Shown: positions 11,527-21,674, counted from the stretch's first letter. The stretch: 64,000 bases of DNA from Escherichia coli (GCF_001677475.2 NZ_CP015229.1), one strand, 5' to 3'. Program-made: numbers and translations. Notes: generated by a model from the sequence alone, not told the origin.

Positions 11527-12613
11527 TCGTATACAGAATGAATCTGCCTGGTTAGCACTGATAGAACGGTATAAAGACAATTGGGAACTGGCAGCAAAAG
11601 AGTTGCTTGATATTGAGTTAACACCTCATCAAGCAAAAATTATTAACGCGATAAAGAACACCGGAGCCAAAGTCACTGCCACCACACCACATGGTATTGG
11701 GGAAACCTCTATTGTGGCAGTGATTAGCATCCTGCAAACAATACTGTATTCGTGTTCCCGTACAGTGGTTGTTTCTCCTGCGATTAACGATAGTCGAAAA
11801 ACAATAATTGACTATATGTTCCGTTATTGGGAGCGAGTTACCCAAAAACACCCTTTTCTTGGCAATTATTTCAGAATACACCCTGACAAAGGGTTGGTGC
11901 ATATCAGTGAAACATGGGGATGCGTCTATATAACCTATTGTCTGAATAACGAAGAGTCTCTGGCTGGTTTTACTGGACCGCACGATCTTTTCATCGTTAT
12001 TAACTCGGCGGAAATCAGCGATCGCGCTCATGCAGTGATAACTGGCAATTTAACCAATTATGACTCGCGCCTGCTGTTGCTGTCGAAACCATCGGAACGC
12101 GAGAAAGGGTACTTTTATGATTCGCATCACCGGTTGGCCCATAGTAAAAACAATCCTGCTGGTTTTTTCACGGCGATAACTCTAAACACAGAGGATTCAC
12201 CTCTCGTTTCTGAAGCATATCTTGAATTCAAAGCCAAAGAGTTTGGTGGACGCAATAGCGATGAATATCGCCGATTGATCTTGGGGAAATTCCCCGGGAT
12301 TCGGGAGTTGATGGAAAAGTCATCTGTTCCCCGTAATATGCACTTCACAATGACTGACGGTAGTAAATGGGTAGTGCCTACGATCGTGATCGCCAAACAC
12401 CATGCGAAACATCACGCTCAAAAACACAACTCCAGCACATTAGACTGGCTGAAGGCCTATACAATACCGTTATTCTCGGCAAACCATAACGCTATAACTG
12501 AATGGGCTAAACAAATCCCCTGGCAGGATGTGGCTGAAGAGGCGTTTGTCGAAAAACCACCAAGAGATTTGCACGAGCACTGTTGGCTGACATCAGAAAA
12601 AAGCTTCTCGTGA
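11519..12613 (+). CDS. hypothetical protein with terminase-large-subunit-ATPase-like region and non-canonical P-loop (GIGETS)
   Basis: Track ORF; local pattern LTPHQ ... TTPHGIGETS ... DLFIVINSAE ... ITGN parallels the Q-motif/Walker A/Walker B/motif III spacing of large terminases, but the Walker A lysine is replaced by Glu. Confidence 0.45.
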   Translation: MINRIQNESAWLALIERYKDNWELAAKELLDIELTPHQAKIINAIKNTGAKVTATTPHGIGETSIVAVISILQTILYSCSRTVVVSPAINDSRKTIIDYMFRYWERVTQKHPFLGNYFRIHPDKGLVHISETWGCVYITYCLNNEESLAGFTGPHDLFIVINSAEISDRAHAVITGNLTNYDSRLLLLSKPSEREKGYFYDSHHRLAHSKNNPAGFFTAITLNTEDSPLVSEAYLEFKAKEFGGRNSDEYRRLILGKFPGIRELMEKSSVPRNMHFTMTDGSKWVVPTIVIAKHHAKHHAQKHNSSTLDWLKAYTIPLFSANHNAITEWAKQIPWQDVAEEAFVEKPPRDLHEHCWLTSEKSFS

Positions 12614-12616
12614 GGT

Positions 12617-12643
12617 AAAAATCCCGCCGATTGGCGGGATTTC
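12617..12643. terminator. bidirectional intrinsic terminator between the accessory module and the dar operon end
   Basis: Hairpin ATCCCGCC-GATT-GGCGGGAT with flanking A and T runs. Confidence 0.6.
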
Positions 12644-12644
12644 T

Positions 12645-12953
12645 TCAATATACGATCTGGTCTACATGATCACCAAAATCATCGTCGTCGTCCTCATCGC
12701 CACCATCTACTGCTGGCCAATCAACAAACCAGCCAGCGTAAAGATGCAGCGTTCGGAGAACATCACTTGCGGGAGCATCAAGGGTGTTAACGAATCCCAT
12801 ATAGCTATTGGGATTTGCTCCAGCTATGGCTTCAGCGATCATGTCCTCGGTAATGTCACCGGAGATAATGCTTAAACGCCCGGAAACTTCTTCATTATCA
12901 TCAAATTCGATAATGGCATCTCCACCTAATGGCGCTGCGATTTTAATCTGCAT
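12645..12953 (-). CDS. small highly acidic protein (C-terminal DGGDEDDDDDFGDHVDQIVY), last gene of the dar operon
   Basis: Track ORF; overlaps the ddrB-like stop by 11 nt; function unknown. Confidence 0.5.
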   Translation of the reverse strand: MQIKIAAPLGGDAIIEFDDNEEVSGRLSIISGDITEDMIAEAIAGANPNSYMGFVNTLDAPASDVLRTLHLYAGWFVDWPAVDGGDEDDDDDFGDHVDQIVY

Positions 12954-13724
12954 TATTTAGCTCCTTTGCCACACCTAATAACAGTTCCAGCAATCCGTCA
13001 CCATTCATCAGTGATGCGGCAGCGGCCTCTTTGTCATGATACAACTGAAGAGCCATAGAGAATACTTCCGTTGCTGACGTTTTGGAAATAGTCGGTGATT
13101 TCTGCCGAATTTTCCCGGTGTTACTTACTGAGGCTGGCGGGTATACCTTCGCCATATAAATATTACTCAATCGAGATCTGAAGCACCATTCAGGCTTGCC
13201 ACGCCCACCGATATTGACGAAAGATGGCTTATCCCCTTCAACATTGGCCTTCAGGAATGACCGGGCTTTCTCTAACAAACCAGGGTTACTGTACTCAAGA
13301 TGATGACCCAGCTCGTGCCACAGTGCACTTGCATTTTCATCGTTCAAATTGACAGCAACAACACCATTTAGATTTGCATATGCCCTTCCCTGGTGGTGAA
13401 CTACCTTTGATAAGGTCGATATTTTCCCGCCGGTCAGGCGATAAATATCAGCAAGTTCCTTGCGCAGGTCTATCCCACCATTCTGTCCAGCGCGGGCTTC
13501 TTCCACTTCTTCTGTGATAAAAGAGTCGGCCCACTCAAGAGCTTTTTCTTCAGATACGGATGAGTTTGCGATCGCACTGTTCATGGCAGATAACACTTTC
13601 TCGTGGACCGAACCCATACTTCGCTGATTCATTTGCCAGCGTGTCTGCGGGTTATATGAGAATCGCTTAAGTAGTTGGTCAAGCTGCTCAAGTTCTTCTT
13701 CACTGACATACTTTTTAGCCTCAC
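12943..13724 (-). pseudogene. ddrB: 3' fragment of IS-interrupted ddrB-like gene (carries HELGHH zincin-like motif)
   Basis: Reading across the IS target duplication rejoins this frame to the upstream fragment (...PGIIGE|AKKYVSEEELEQL...). Confidence 0.6.
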
Positions 13725-13789
13725 TATTAGACGTCAACTAGTTTTGCCGACTCGCGCCAACTATACTGGCCGCACCCTTCAGGGCGACA

Positions 13790-14545
13790 TCAAGTCGCGC
13801 TTGTTACTGCCTTCGCTGTCTTTTTCCTGTAGCTTTCCCCTTTCAGTTCGAACATATATCCGTGATGGATCAGCCTGTCTGCCGCAGCCACCGCCATAGT
13901 CTCATCCACGAAGATGCTGCCCCACATGCTGAACGGATGGTTACTGGTTATCACCAGGCTCCCACGTTCATAGCGATGCGCTATTAACTCGAACAGCACA
14001 CCCGTTTCGGCACTATCGCGTTTGACATAGCCAAGATCATCCACCACTATCACCCGGTAGCGATCCAGTTTCAGTAGCAGCTCATTCAGTTTCAACTGAG
14101 CTCTGGCTTTACGTAGTTCCTGCAACAGCTCTCCTGCGCTGTAGAACCGGGCCCGGTAGCCCTGACCTACTACGCCATCCACGATCGCTGCCGCCAGATG
14201 GCTTTTCCCCAACCCGCTGGCTCCGAACAGCAGAACGTTTTCTCCTGCATCAACCCAGTCTGTCGTTTCACAGAGTTGCCGGAACTGAGCTCCATTCAGT
14301 TCCGGCACCTGACTGAAGTCGTATTCGCTCAGCGTTTTGGCAACTGGCAACCGGGCCTCCTTTTTATAACGACGCAGTTTTTCACTCTCGCGCCACAGGA
14401 GTTCTTCATTGCATAGCGTCAGAAGATAGCGCGATGGTGTCCAGCCTTCTGCCAGCGCTCGTTTTTCCAGAGCGTGCCATTCAGCTCCAACTCGTGTCAG
14501 GCGTAGTTTACGCAGGCTATGTTCAAGGTGATGGATATTGCTCAC
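13790..14545 (-). CDS. istB: IS21-family helper ATPase IstB
   Basis: Walker A GASGLGKSH, Walker B VIVVDDLGY, ITSNHPFSMW motif typical of IstB/DnaC-like AAA+ proteins. Confidence 0.9.
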   Translation of the reverse strand: MSNIHHLEHSLRKLRLTRVGAEWHALEKRALAEGWTPSRYLLTLCNEELLWRESEKLRRYKKEARLPVAKTLSEYDFSQVPELNGAQFRQLCETTDWVDAGENVLLFGASGLGKSHLAAAIVDGVVGQGYRARFYSAGELLQELRKARAQLKLNELLLKLDRYRVIVVDDLGYVKRDSAETGVLFELIAHRYERGSLVITSNHPFSMWGSIFVDETMAVAAADRLIHHGYMFELKGESYRKKTAKAVTSAT

Positions 14546-16041
14546 TGCGAACCTCCCTTGCCACGCAGTAGTTGCTCATAACTGCTCAGGTTATGCTGTA
14601 TCACATTGACTACCGGCAACGCCTTTTCTTTTATACCCAGGAAGCGCATCAGCCGGTGCAGATCCACGTTTCCCGGGGTATTCAGCATCTGCTCCATACC
14701 TTTTGCCACGACTGAGATATCGTCGTATCCTGCAGCCAGTTTCAGGGCATGTACCATCAGCCTTCCTGCCATATCGGGCTCCAGATGATTACATAAGCGA
14801 CGCCACAGCCTCCGCCATTCATCGTCCGGCAGGATGTCATTTCTCAGCGTTGCATGGCAGAACGCACCGGGCTTTTTTGCCAGACTGTCGATCACATGTC
14901 GGAAGTCGATACGACGGGCCCGCGTCTTCCCTTTTTCTGGTCTGACGCGAGGGCAGCTCATGACCTCGCTGCTGCCAACGTAACAGCTCAGACGATCGTC
15001 CCATAACCTGACCCGTAACAGTTGACCTACAAGCCGGGAAGGTACGCTGTAGACGACGTGCTTCACATTGATGGTACTGCTGCGACTAACCCTCACAGTC
15101 AGCTCATCATAGTCAGCACTGCGACGAAGCGGCAGCGGTTTCAGATGAAGACGTTCTTCCTTGACCAGATCCTGATTGTTACGGTTGTGCCGCATAACCT
15201 GCTGAGTGATGAAGGCCTGATATTCTTCTATGGTGCTGAAGTCGTTACTGCCCCGCAGTATCAGCGCCTGACAGATACGCCTTTTCAGATGTCCGTGGGC
15301 ACTTTCAACCGAGCCATTTTCGTGGCCCCGACCGGCATTATTGTGTACGCCCTGCATTCCGTAGTGCTGACAGAGAGTAGCATAACGCTCAGTCAGCTCG
15401 CGGCGTCCATCTTCGCCCTGTTGTTTCCATGCTGCCCTCAGGCTGTCCGTTTTATGTTCTACCGGCACTCCGCCCAGTTGTCCGAGGGCTTCCTGCAGGC
15501 CTTCAGCCAGAGCAGAGAAGCTCTCACCACCCAGAACAACCCGCATCCAGCTCCAGTGGCTCCATTCCAGACGGAAGTGATACAACTTATGCGCCAACAA
15601 CTTACCGGCGATGGTGACAACTACACCTTTCAGTTCAGTAAAGTCCGACAGGCCTCGCAGGCCGGGCTGATGTTGCTGGCGGAACATGACCTCCTGCTCT
15701 GTACCATACTGTAGTTTCCATTCGCGAACCCGCCGTTGCATTGTTCTTCGAAGGCTGTTGGGGTACTGGCCGGGATATTTATCCTGTAGCATCTCCAGTA
15801 GAGTTGTTGGTGTCAGAGCCGGCCTCTCTTTCAACAGAGGAACAAGCATGCTGTCCCACACAGCTTCCAGAGGATCTTTGCGTGTGCGCCAGTGCCGAAC
15901 ACTGTTTTTTGCCCACTCTCCTTTTTCGATCCGACGACCAGAACGGACTGAGATACCAGCCTTCATGGCCGAGATATGCTGAGTTATACCTTTCTTACGC
16001 TGAGTCATATAGTAACTGACCTGAGAAGTATTGAGCGTCAC
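14542..16041 (-). CDS. istA: IS21-family transposase IstA (true start may be an internal ATG)
   Basis: N-terminal HTH pattern like IS21 IstA, overlaps istB start in the typical istA-istB arrangement. Confidence 0.8.
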   Translation of the reverse strand: MTLNTSQVSYYMTQRKKGITQHISAMKAGISVRSGRRIEKGEWAKNSVRHWRTRKDPLEAVWDSMLVPLLKERPALTPTTLLEMLQDKYPGQYPNSLRRTMQRRVREWKLQYGTEQEVMFRQQHQPGLRGLSDFTELKGVVVTIAGKLLAHKLYHFRLEWSHWSWMRVVLGGESFSALAEGLQEALGQLGGVPVEHKTDSLRAAWKQQGEDGRRELTERYATLCQHYGMQGVHNNAGRGHENGSVESAHGHLKRRICQALILRGSNDFSTIEEYQAFITQQVMRHNRNNQDLVKEERLHLKPLPLRRSADYDELTVRVSRSSTINVKHVVYSVPSRLVGQLLRVRLWDDRLSCYVGSSEVMSCPRVRPEKGKTRARRIDFRHVIDSLAKKPGAFCHATLRNDILPDDEWRRLWRRLCNHLEPDMAGRLMVHALKLAAGYDDISVVAKGMEQMLNTPGNVDLHRLMRFLGIKEKALPVVNVIQHNLSSYEQLLRGKGGSQ

Positions 16042-16129
16042 GCCATTTCCTGTTGGATCATGTAAATGACACTCAGGTTACAAAACCGGCCAGAATAATC
16101 GGCGCCAGGCGGACTGAGTTATTGTCGTC

Positions 16130-18346
16130 TCATACCTCACCAATAATGCCAGGGAGAATATTGCCGTTAGGATTAAACGCTCGCGAAAGGAAGAGTTTCA
16201 GCGCCCCCATGCCCTCCGATGCTTCAATATCACCAATAACCCGGTTAACAATGGCCGCACTCTTCGGATTAGCATCCGCCAACGCTCTGGCTACAATTTG
16301 CAGGGACGATACGACCTCACGCTGCATATCCGTCCTGATCTCATCAATAAACTCTGGCGTTATGCCGTGCTCTTTAAGAATATCCCTGCCTTCCGCCGTT
16401 ACCCCATCGATATCACCGACATGTTTATTAACCCGACTTTGCAATGCCTTAAATGCCTTCAGAATTCCACGGGAATCATCCGCTTTACTAACGGCCTTCC
16501 TGAATGCTGGCAAGAAGTCTGAGTTAACCTCATTTTGTTGATCGGCCCACTGAATGGAGGCTTCTTTCATCTCGTCCAGAGTCAGATCACCCAACGCGGT
16601 ATGGTCTGTGAATATGAGCGACAACCTCTGAACCATTTCTGCCAATGGTGATGCCGAATGCGCCGCGCTAAGGAATGCTTTCACCCTGGTTGGGCGAATG
16701 GAAAACCAGTCAATAGCTGGTGGCATATCTCCGTTTTGTATCGCCTGCGCTATCTCATCAAAGCCGTCGCGCCCAAGGGAGGATGCGTGATTTAACAATC
16801 CGCGAAGTAACGAATTGCTGATACCGAATAATCGGCACCATTTATTCACGTCGGCAACAGGCATTCGAACAAAATGCGCAAGCACTTGTACAAGCTGTTC
16901 ATCCTGGGGATCTGTACGGGAAAGCAGCCTGATCAGATGAATAATGTCTTTGATGCCGGATGCCCGATGTAATAGCAAGCTGGTATATGGAGCAACACCG
17001 TTGTAACTACCGCCGGAAACGGACTCGAAAAGACCGCCGGATATCCCTTGCATGCCTTCGTTTTCCAGTTCCTGAGACACCTGGCGAAGGATATCCTGTA
17101 ACGACACATCGCCGCCGCCAAACATATCCCCCAGCGCCTGGCCCTGGTGCTGTAACTCATCATTGATACGTTGAGCCATCAACTTAAAGGCGGTGGCCAT
17201 ACGCTTCGCGCTACGGTTATTCGCGACGATGAACAACGCGAGTGCTTTCACTTCCGGGGCCGTTTCGCTGAACATATCCCCCTGAGCAATAACATCGGTA
17301 ATATGCTGGCCTGACTCCTTCGATTGCCTTACCAGGTCTACCGCATCTTTCAATGCCGCCAGCGCCTTTTTATCGAGGCTATCCGCTGTCTCAATGCCAT
17401 CAACAATAGTTGTCACAGCCTGCTTGTGCGCTTCTCCTGATAAAGCCTGCATCTGGACAAAATCATTGGCTGCCGCATTAAGCGCCGTCAGAACATTACG
17501 CATATCCGGATCAGGTTCTTCTGCAACCATCCTTACCAGGCGCGCATCCTTATATGCCTTGGCAAAGATCGCGTTTTGTATACGGTCAACAAGTTGCCGC
17601 GTTGGTCGCCCATCTTCCGTTACAAGGCCAGCAGCCTGTGTGGCACCAACTTGCGTCATGAATCCGCGAATAAACGCGTCATTACTGCGGCTAAGCAGAT
17701 CTCCGCTTTCTGACGGATTAAACAGCGCCATCATCGCCGGTGTTATGCTGTCGGCATCAACAAAAGCCTTTTCACTGGCTGCCATTTCCTGAAGATCAGA
17801 AATATTTGAGTCCTTGGCAAACTGAACGCGGTCAACCTTAGTTAACCGGCGGCGCACCAATACAGGAGCCGTCATTGATTCAACCTTTTCAGGTCGTATG
17901 CCGAATTCGGTCGCATGTTCAATCAGGTACTCACGATACCGATCCGCATTGCCGTCCTGATAGGCTTTAATGATTCCCATGGTCCGTCCATTACCTGACT
18001 CAACGGCATTGTCCTCACCAATTATCGGCGCGCCATGGCTGGATAAACCGGAATCGGTAAGCTGAGCAGGCCGCAAATCTTTGGATATCTGGTTAACCTG
18101 AAGAAGGCTGGATGCGCGGGTCCGGTCGCGCGGCTGAAGTTCCTGGGGATAGTCAGGATTAATTTTCCCATCCAGAGTATTGGATACCAAAAGAGCTGAG
18201 GCATCGACGATATCAAACGCTGTTTTTACCTCGTCTCCCTTCGCTGTCACCACATACGAAACCCGCCCATAATCGGGCAGGTTCTTAAGCAGCTCGATCA
18301 GCGTTTCTATGCTGGTGGCAATTACCACCTGATCGCTTAAGCTCAT
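16130..18346 (-). pseudogene. ddrB: 5' fragment of IS-interrupted ddrB-like gene; 738-codon ORF ending with an IS-encoded Val-stop
   Basis: ORF runs from the dar operon into the IS terminus and stops 2 codons inside; position after darA-ddrA matches P1. Confidence 0.6.
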
Positions 18347-18358
18347 CCCTGTTACGCC

Positions 18359-18724
18359 TTATGCTGCCTCTTCAATGTTGGCGGCTATCCATGCCGCCGT
18401 GTGCTGTTTAACCTGGTCCAGGTCGATGTATGTGCCAACATATTGACTCAAGTCCTGCAAGGTACCGATAAATGCATCTGTGCTCTGATCGACGAATTTA
18501 TCAGCCAGGAAATCAGCAACCAGTTTTGGCACACCATCATGTTCCGAAGGTTGTTTTTCCTCGCCACTACCACCGCCGGACGCGCCGTACCCCATCTGTT
18601 GCATGATCTGGTCAATTTCATCGCTGATATCCAGCAACTCCATGCCACTCGCGGTAGCAGCTTTGGACATCAGAGAATCCAACTTGTCGCTGAGGTCCAT
18701 TAACTCAATAGCTGATAGTGTCAT
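18359..18724 (-). CDS. DdrA-like small acidic protein
   Basis: Track ORF, overlaps darA stop; assigned by position. Confidence 0.4.
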   Translation of the reverse strand: MTLSAIELMDLSDKLDSLMSKAATASGMELLDISDEIDQIMQQMGYGASGGGSGEEKQPSEHDGVPKLVADFLADKFVDQSTDAFIGTLQDLSQYVGTYIDLDQVKQHTAAWIAANIEEAA

Positions 18725-20640
18725 GCCGCTACCCCCGCTTTCTGGATTGCTACCAGCAGATCAGCCAGGTGGCGAGCAGCGCCATTAACCAGCTCTTCGT
18801 TTTCCTCAAAACGCCCGGCAGCCTGAAGGGCTGCAATCGCTTCCCGGACATTACCCCGGGCGTTACGGATCTCCGCCATGTCAGTGCTTTGCATATCCAT
18901 CACGTTATTGAGATATTCAATGGCTTTATTAGCCTCTGCATCTGCTTCGCTAACCGTTTCATCAGGCTGTGCCGGGGCAGGTTCTGGCTGAGTAATCTCA
19001 CCGACTTCGGCCTGCAATGCATTGATCATGCTCTGCACCATTTTCTCGGTGCCAGCGCCCCCCGGAAACGCAATATTGGGGAAAGTTTTTTGAAACTGAG
19101 TTTTCAGCATTACGCGGAACTCGTCTGGTGAGCTGGTGGCCAGCTCCAGAGCTTTTTGTGCATATTTGCCAAACGGACCATTAGTAAGTGTCTTCGCCAG
19201 GAAGTCGAAAGAATCCTCGCGAGGCAATAACTTCAGGTCGTACTCACTCATTTGCTGATCAGAAAGCGGGGTATCGTAAGTAGCAATGCCGTAGCGTGCA
19301 TATTCATAATACGGGTCACCTTCATCAGGGCGCGGCAGAATTGCTTTGTTACCTTCAGGTATTGCGCCAGGGGCCGCCGGACGCATTTGCAGGGCATATC
19401 GATATGCACCTACAGAGACTTCTGGTTCAGGCGAAGAGCTACCGGTATCCTCCGCTGGTTCAGGTTCGACGTTTTCCGGTTTATGTTCTTCTGGTTGGAC
19501 CAGGTATTCCGATACATTACCCGCTTTATAGGCTTTAAACAGCTTGCCGATCGCATCTGCCATGTCCACACCCTGTATGGATTTAGCCTTGATCATGTAC
19601 ACGCTGCCATCCGAATCGGTTAACTGGATATACCCTTCGCCGTCCTCAATGAATTGCTTCATTGATGCTCCATTACTGAGCGTCACTTCCCCGTTCATAT
19701 GCATACGATTTTTGATACTGGCAAGGCGATCCGTCAGCGCGCGCGAGTGCCCACCAGTCATCCCCGCTGGATCAATGGTATCGCGCCCACCTGTGCGATT
19801 GAGCTGATCAATCTCCGTCTGCAAACGCTCATTCTCTTCATAAAGAGAATCCGCTTCCGATGCAACAGCGTTAATTTTCTGCTCCAGATCTACCTTCTGC
19901 CCTTCTACCGCTGCCACCTGATCCGCGAGGTCGCTCATGGCATCCTCTTTCTGGTCACTGTCAGCCTGTAGTTGGGTTATTTCATCAACCAGGGCTTTTT
20001 TCTTCTTCTGCGCACGCTGGAATTTTGCCGAGTTTTTCTCTGCAAGGTTGGCAAGTTTCATGGTGACCTGCGCCAGCGTCATATCACGTCCACTCATCGG
20101 AGCAACGGTGTGAGTAACGTCTTTTTTATTCAGTAAGAACTGGAAAGCAACCAGCGTATCGCTATTGGTGATCCGGTTTTCCGCTGTCGGGCTATGAAAC
20201 AGAATGCTGATAGTCTGACCATCACTGAGCGGAATAATGGCTGGCAGGACCGGCAGCCCGTTAACGTTACGTGCCCGGCCAATTTCAGCACCGCCGATCG
20301 CGCGCGCGCCGCTCTGGGCCACCTCCCCCGTTTTATCACTCCCCGCAGAGATTCCGGTACCATTCAGCTTCTGGTTCAATGCCCGGACAAATGCCTGCAT
20401 GGTCCGGTGTAACTGCAAACGAGTAGAACTAATCGCCTCCAGTAAATCCGTAGCACACCAGTGGATCGGCGTGTCATAGAAGAACGTAGCCTCGATTTCC
20501 TCCAGGGTGTTGGATTCCGTCATCAGATAGCGGTCCTCACCGGCCATTAATGCGCGATATTCATCATCAGTCACTGGCGGGGGAAGCACGTCAAGCCCAG
20601 GCTTGATCGTCACCCCTTTATTGATATTTAACTGTTCCAT
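18721..20640 (-). CDS. darA: DarA-like capsid-delivered antirestriction protein, 639 aa
   Basis: Size and position (hdf-darA-ddrA-ddrB) match P1; coiled-coil central region. Confidence 0.6.
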   Translation of the reverse strand: MEQLNINKGVTIKPGLDVLPPPVTDDEYRALMAGEDRYLMTESNTLEEIEATFFYDTPIHWCATDLLEAISSTRLQLHRTMQAFVRALNQKLNGTGISAGSDKTGEVAQSGARAIGGAEIGRARNVNGLPVLPAIIPLSDGQTISILFHSPTAENRITNSDTLVAFQFLLNKKDVTHTVAPMSGRDMTLAQVTMKLANLAEKNSAKFQRAQKKKKALVDEITQLQADSDQKEDAMSDLADQVAAVEGQKVDLEQKINAVASEADSLYEENERLQTEIDQLNRTGGRDTIDPAGMTGGHSRALTDRLASIKNRMHMNGEVTLSNGASMKQFIEDGEGYIQLTDSDGSVYMIKAKSIQGVDMADAIGKLFKAYKAGNVSEYLVQPEEHKPENVEPEPAEDTGSSSPEPEVSVGAYRYALQMRPAAPGAIPEGNKAILPRPDEGDPYYEYARYGIATYDTPLSDQQMSEYDLKLLPREDSFDFLAKTLTNGPFGKYAQKALELATSSPDEFRVMLKTQFQKTFPNIAFPGGAGTEKMVQSMINALQAEVGEITQPEPAPAQPDETVSEADAEANKAIEYLNNVMDMQSTDMAEIRNARGNVREAIAALQAAGRFEENEELVNGAARHLADLLVAIQKAGVAA

Positions 20641-20641
20641 G

Positions 20642-21253
20642 TTAATTTCCTGCTTTCAGTTGCTTAAGACGACGTTTGAGTTCGCCATTCCGTGCCTTTT
20701 CGTTATTGAGTCGGCCCGTCTCCTTATCCAGCTTCGCCCGCAAATCAGTGATCTGCTGTTGATTGAAAGACACCGAATTCTGCGCGGACTTATAAGCGGC
20801 AACCACCTGAGCATTCCGCTGTTTTGCTTCTTGCAGGCGCTGAAAGTTGGATTTAACTGCCGGTTTCTTGTCTACCGGATTGGCAACACGCTTCGCTTTG
20901 GCGATCAGTGATTTCTGGAATTTTGCGGAGTTTTTGCGGGCCGCCTGTCCCATGACGGTACCAAGCGTCTTGATATCCGGCGACTGAGCGTTAGGAATAG
21001 CTTTTCCATTCAGTTTCACAGACGATATATCGCCAGTATCGTTTACCTGTATGGCAAGAATTTGTCCGTCGTTAAGAACCAGCTTTGCGGTTTTAACTTT
21101 AACGCCATCTTTCGTTGTTGCGCGGTTGCTGGAGTCAACCTCAATTACCGTAACACCGGTTTTATTGATCGCCGCGATAAGGGATTTCAGCCCCTTTTCA
21201 TTAACCTGGTCAAAATCGACCGTTGCATACTTATTTTTCGTCATCTGACACAT
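20642..21253 (-). CDS. Hdf-like protein (dar operon)
   Basis: Track ORF directly upstream of darA; coiled-coil basic protein. Confidence 0.45.
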   Translation of the reverse strand: MCQMTKNKYATVDFDQVNEKGLKSLIAAINKTGVTVIEVDSSNRATTKDGVKVKTAKLVLNDGQILAIQVNDTGDISSVKLNGKAIPNAQSPDIKTLGTVMGQAARKNSAKFQKSLIAKAKRVANPVDKKPAVKSNFQRLQEAKQRNAQVVAAYKSAQNSVSFNQQQITDLRAKLDKETGRLNNEKARNGELKRRLKQLKAGN

Positions 21254-21674
21254 CCTGTGCGAGATTTATTACGTAACTTCTGCGGATTTGCTGAGTAACA
21301 GGGAAAATCCGATACAACGGGTTAATGAACGAGTCGCCATGCGTAACCATGACGTTGAAATGCCACAGTCGCTCTCCTTTACCCATATATTCAGTGGGTA
21401 TGTACAACCATTCACTGTTTTCGCCCTGTTCAGCTGACGTCAGACAACGTTGTTCGCCTTCAATCACTGTCGTCGGCTTCTGAACATCGCGGATCCAATA
21501 TCTGACCGTTGCGCCGCGCAAAAACGGGAATTTAGACCGGTATTTGAACGGCACCCGGATGAAACCCGGTTTAATTTCCACATCACCAAGTTCTAAATGC
21601 GTGATGTCCTTGCGTTTTAGCAAATAGCGATCGGCTAAGGCTAACGCAAGAACGCATACACCCCAGCCAATCAT
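21231..21674 (-). CDS. LydB-like putative antiholin/lysis regulator with N-terminal signal-anchor
   Basis: Position after holin-like gene at the head of the dar operon. Confidence 0.4.
   Translation of the reverse strand: MIGWGVCVLALALADRYLLKRKDITHLELGDVEIKPGFIRVPFKYRSKFPFLRGATVRYWIRDVQKPTTVIEGEQRCLTSAEQGENSEWLYIPTEYMGKGERLWHFNVMVTHGDSFINPLYRIFPVTQQIRRSYVINLAQDVSDDEK

Larger units (their letters stand above)
13725..16134 (-). mobile_element. IS21-family insertion sequence (about 2.4 kb) with imperfect terminal inverted repeats and a 6-bp target duplication CCTCAC
   Basis: Termini TATTAGACGTCAA... and rc TATGAGACGACAA... align over about 50 bp; CCTCAC immediately flanks both ends; carries istA and istB. 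Confidence 0.8.

Noticed and set aside
16053-18216. Short ORFs on both strands overlapping the ddrB-like fragment and the IS (for example 16053-16541, 17394-17792)
   Set aside because: Embedded in longer, better supported coding frames; low-complexity Ala/Ser/Arg-rich translations typical of off-frame reads of GC-rich coding DNA.
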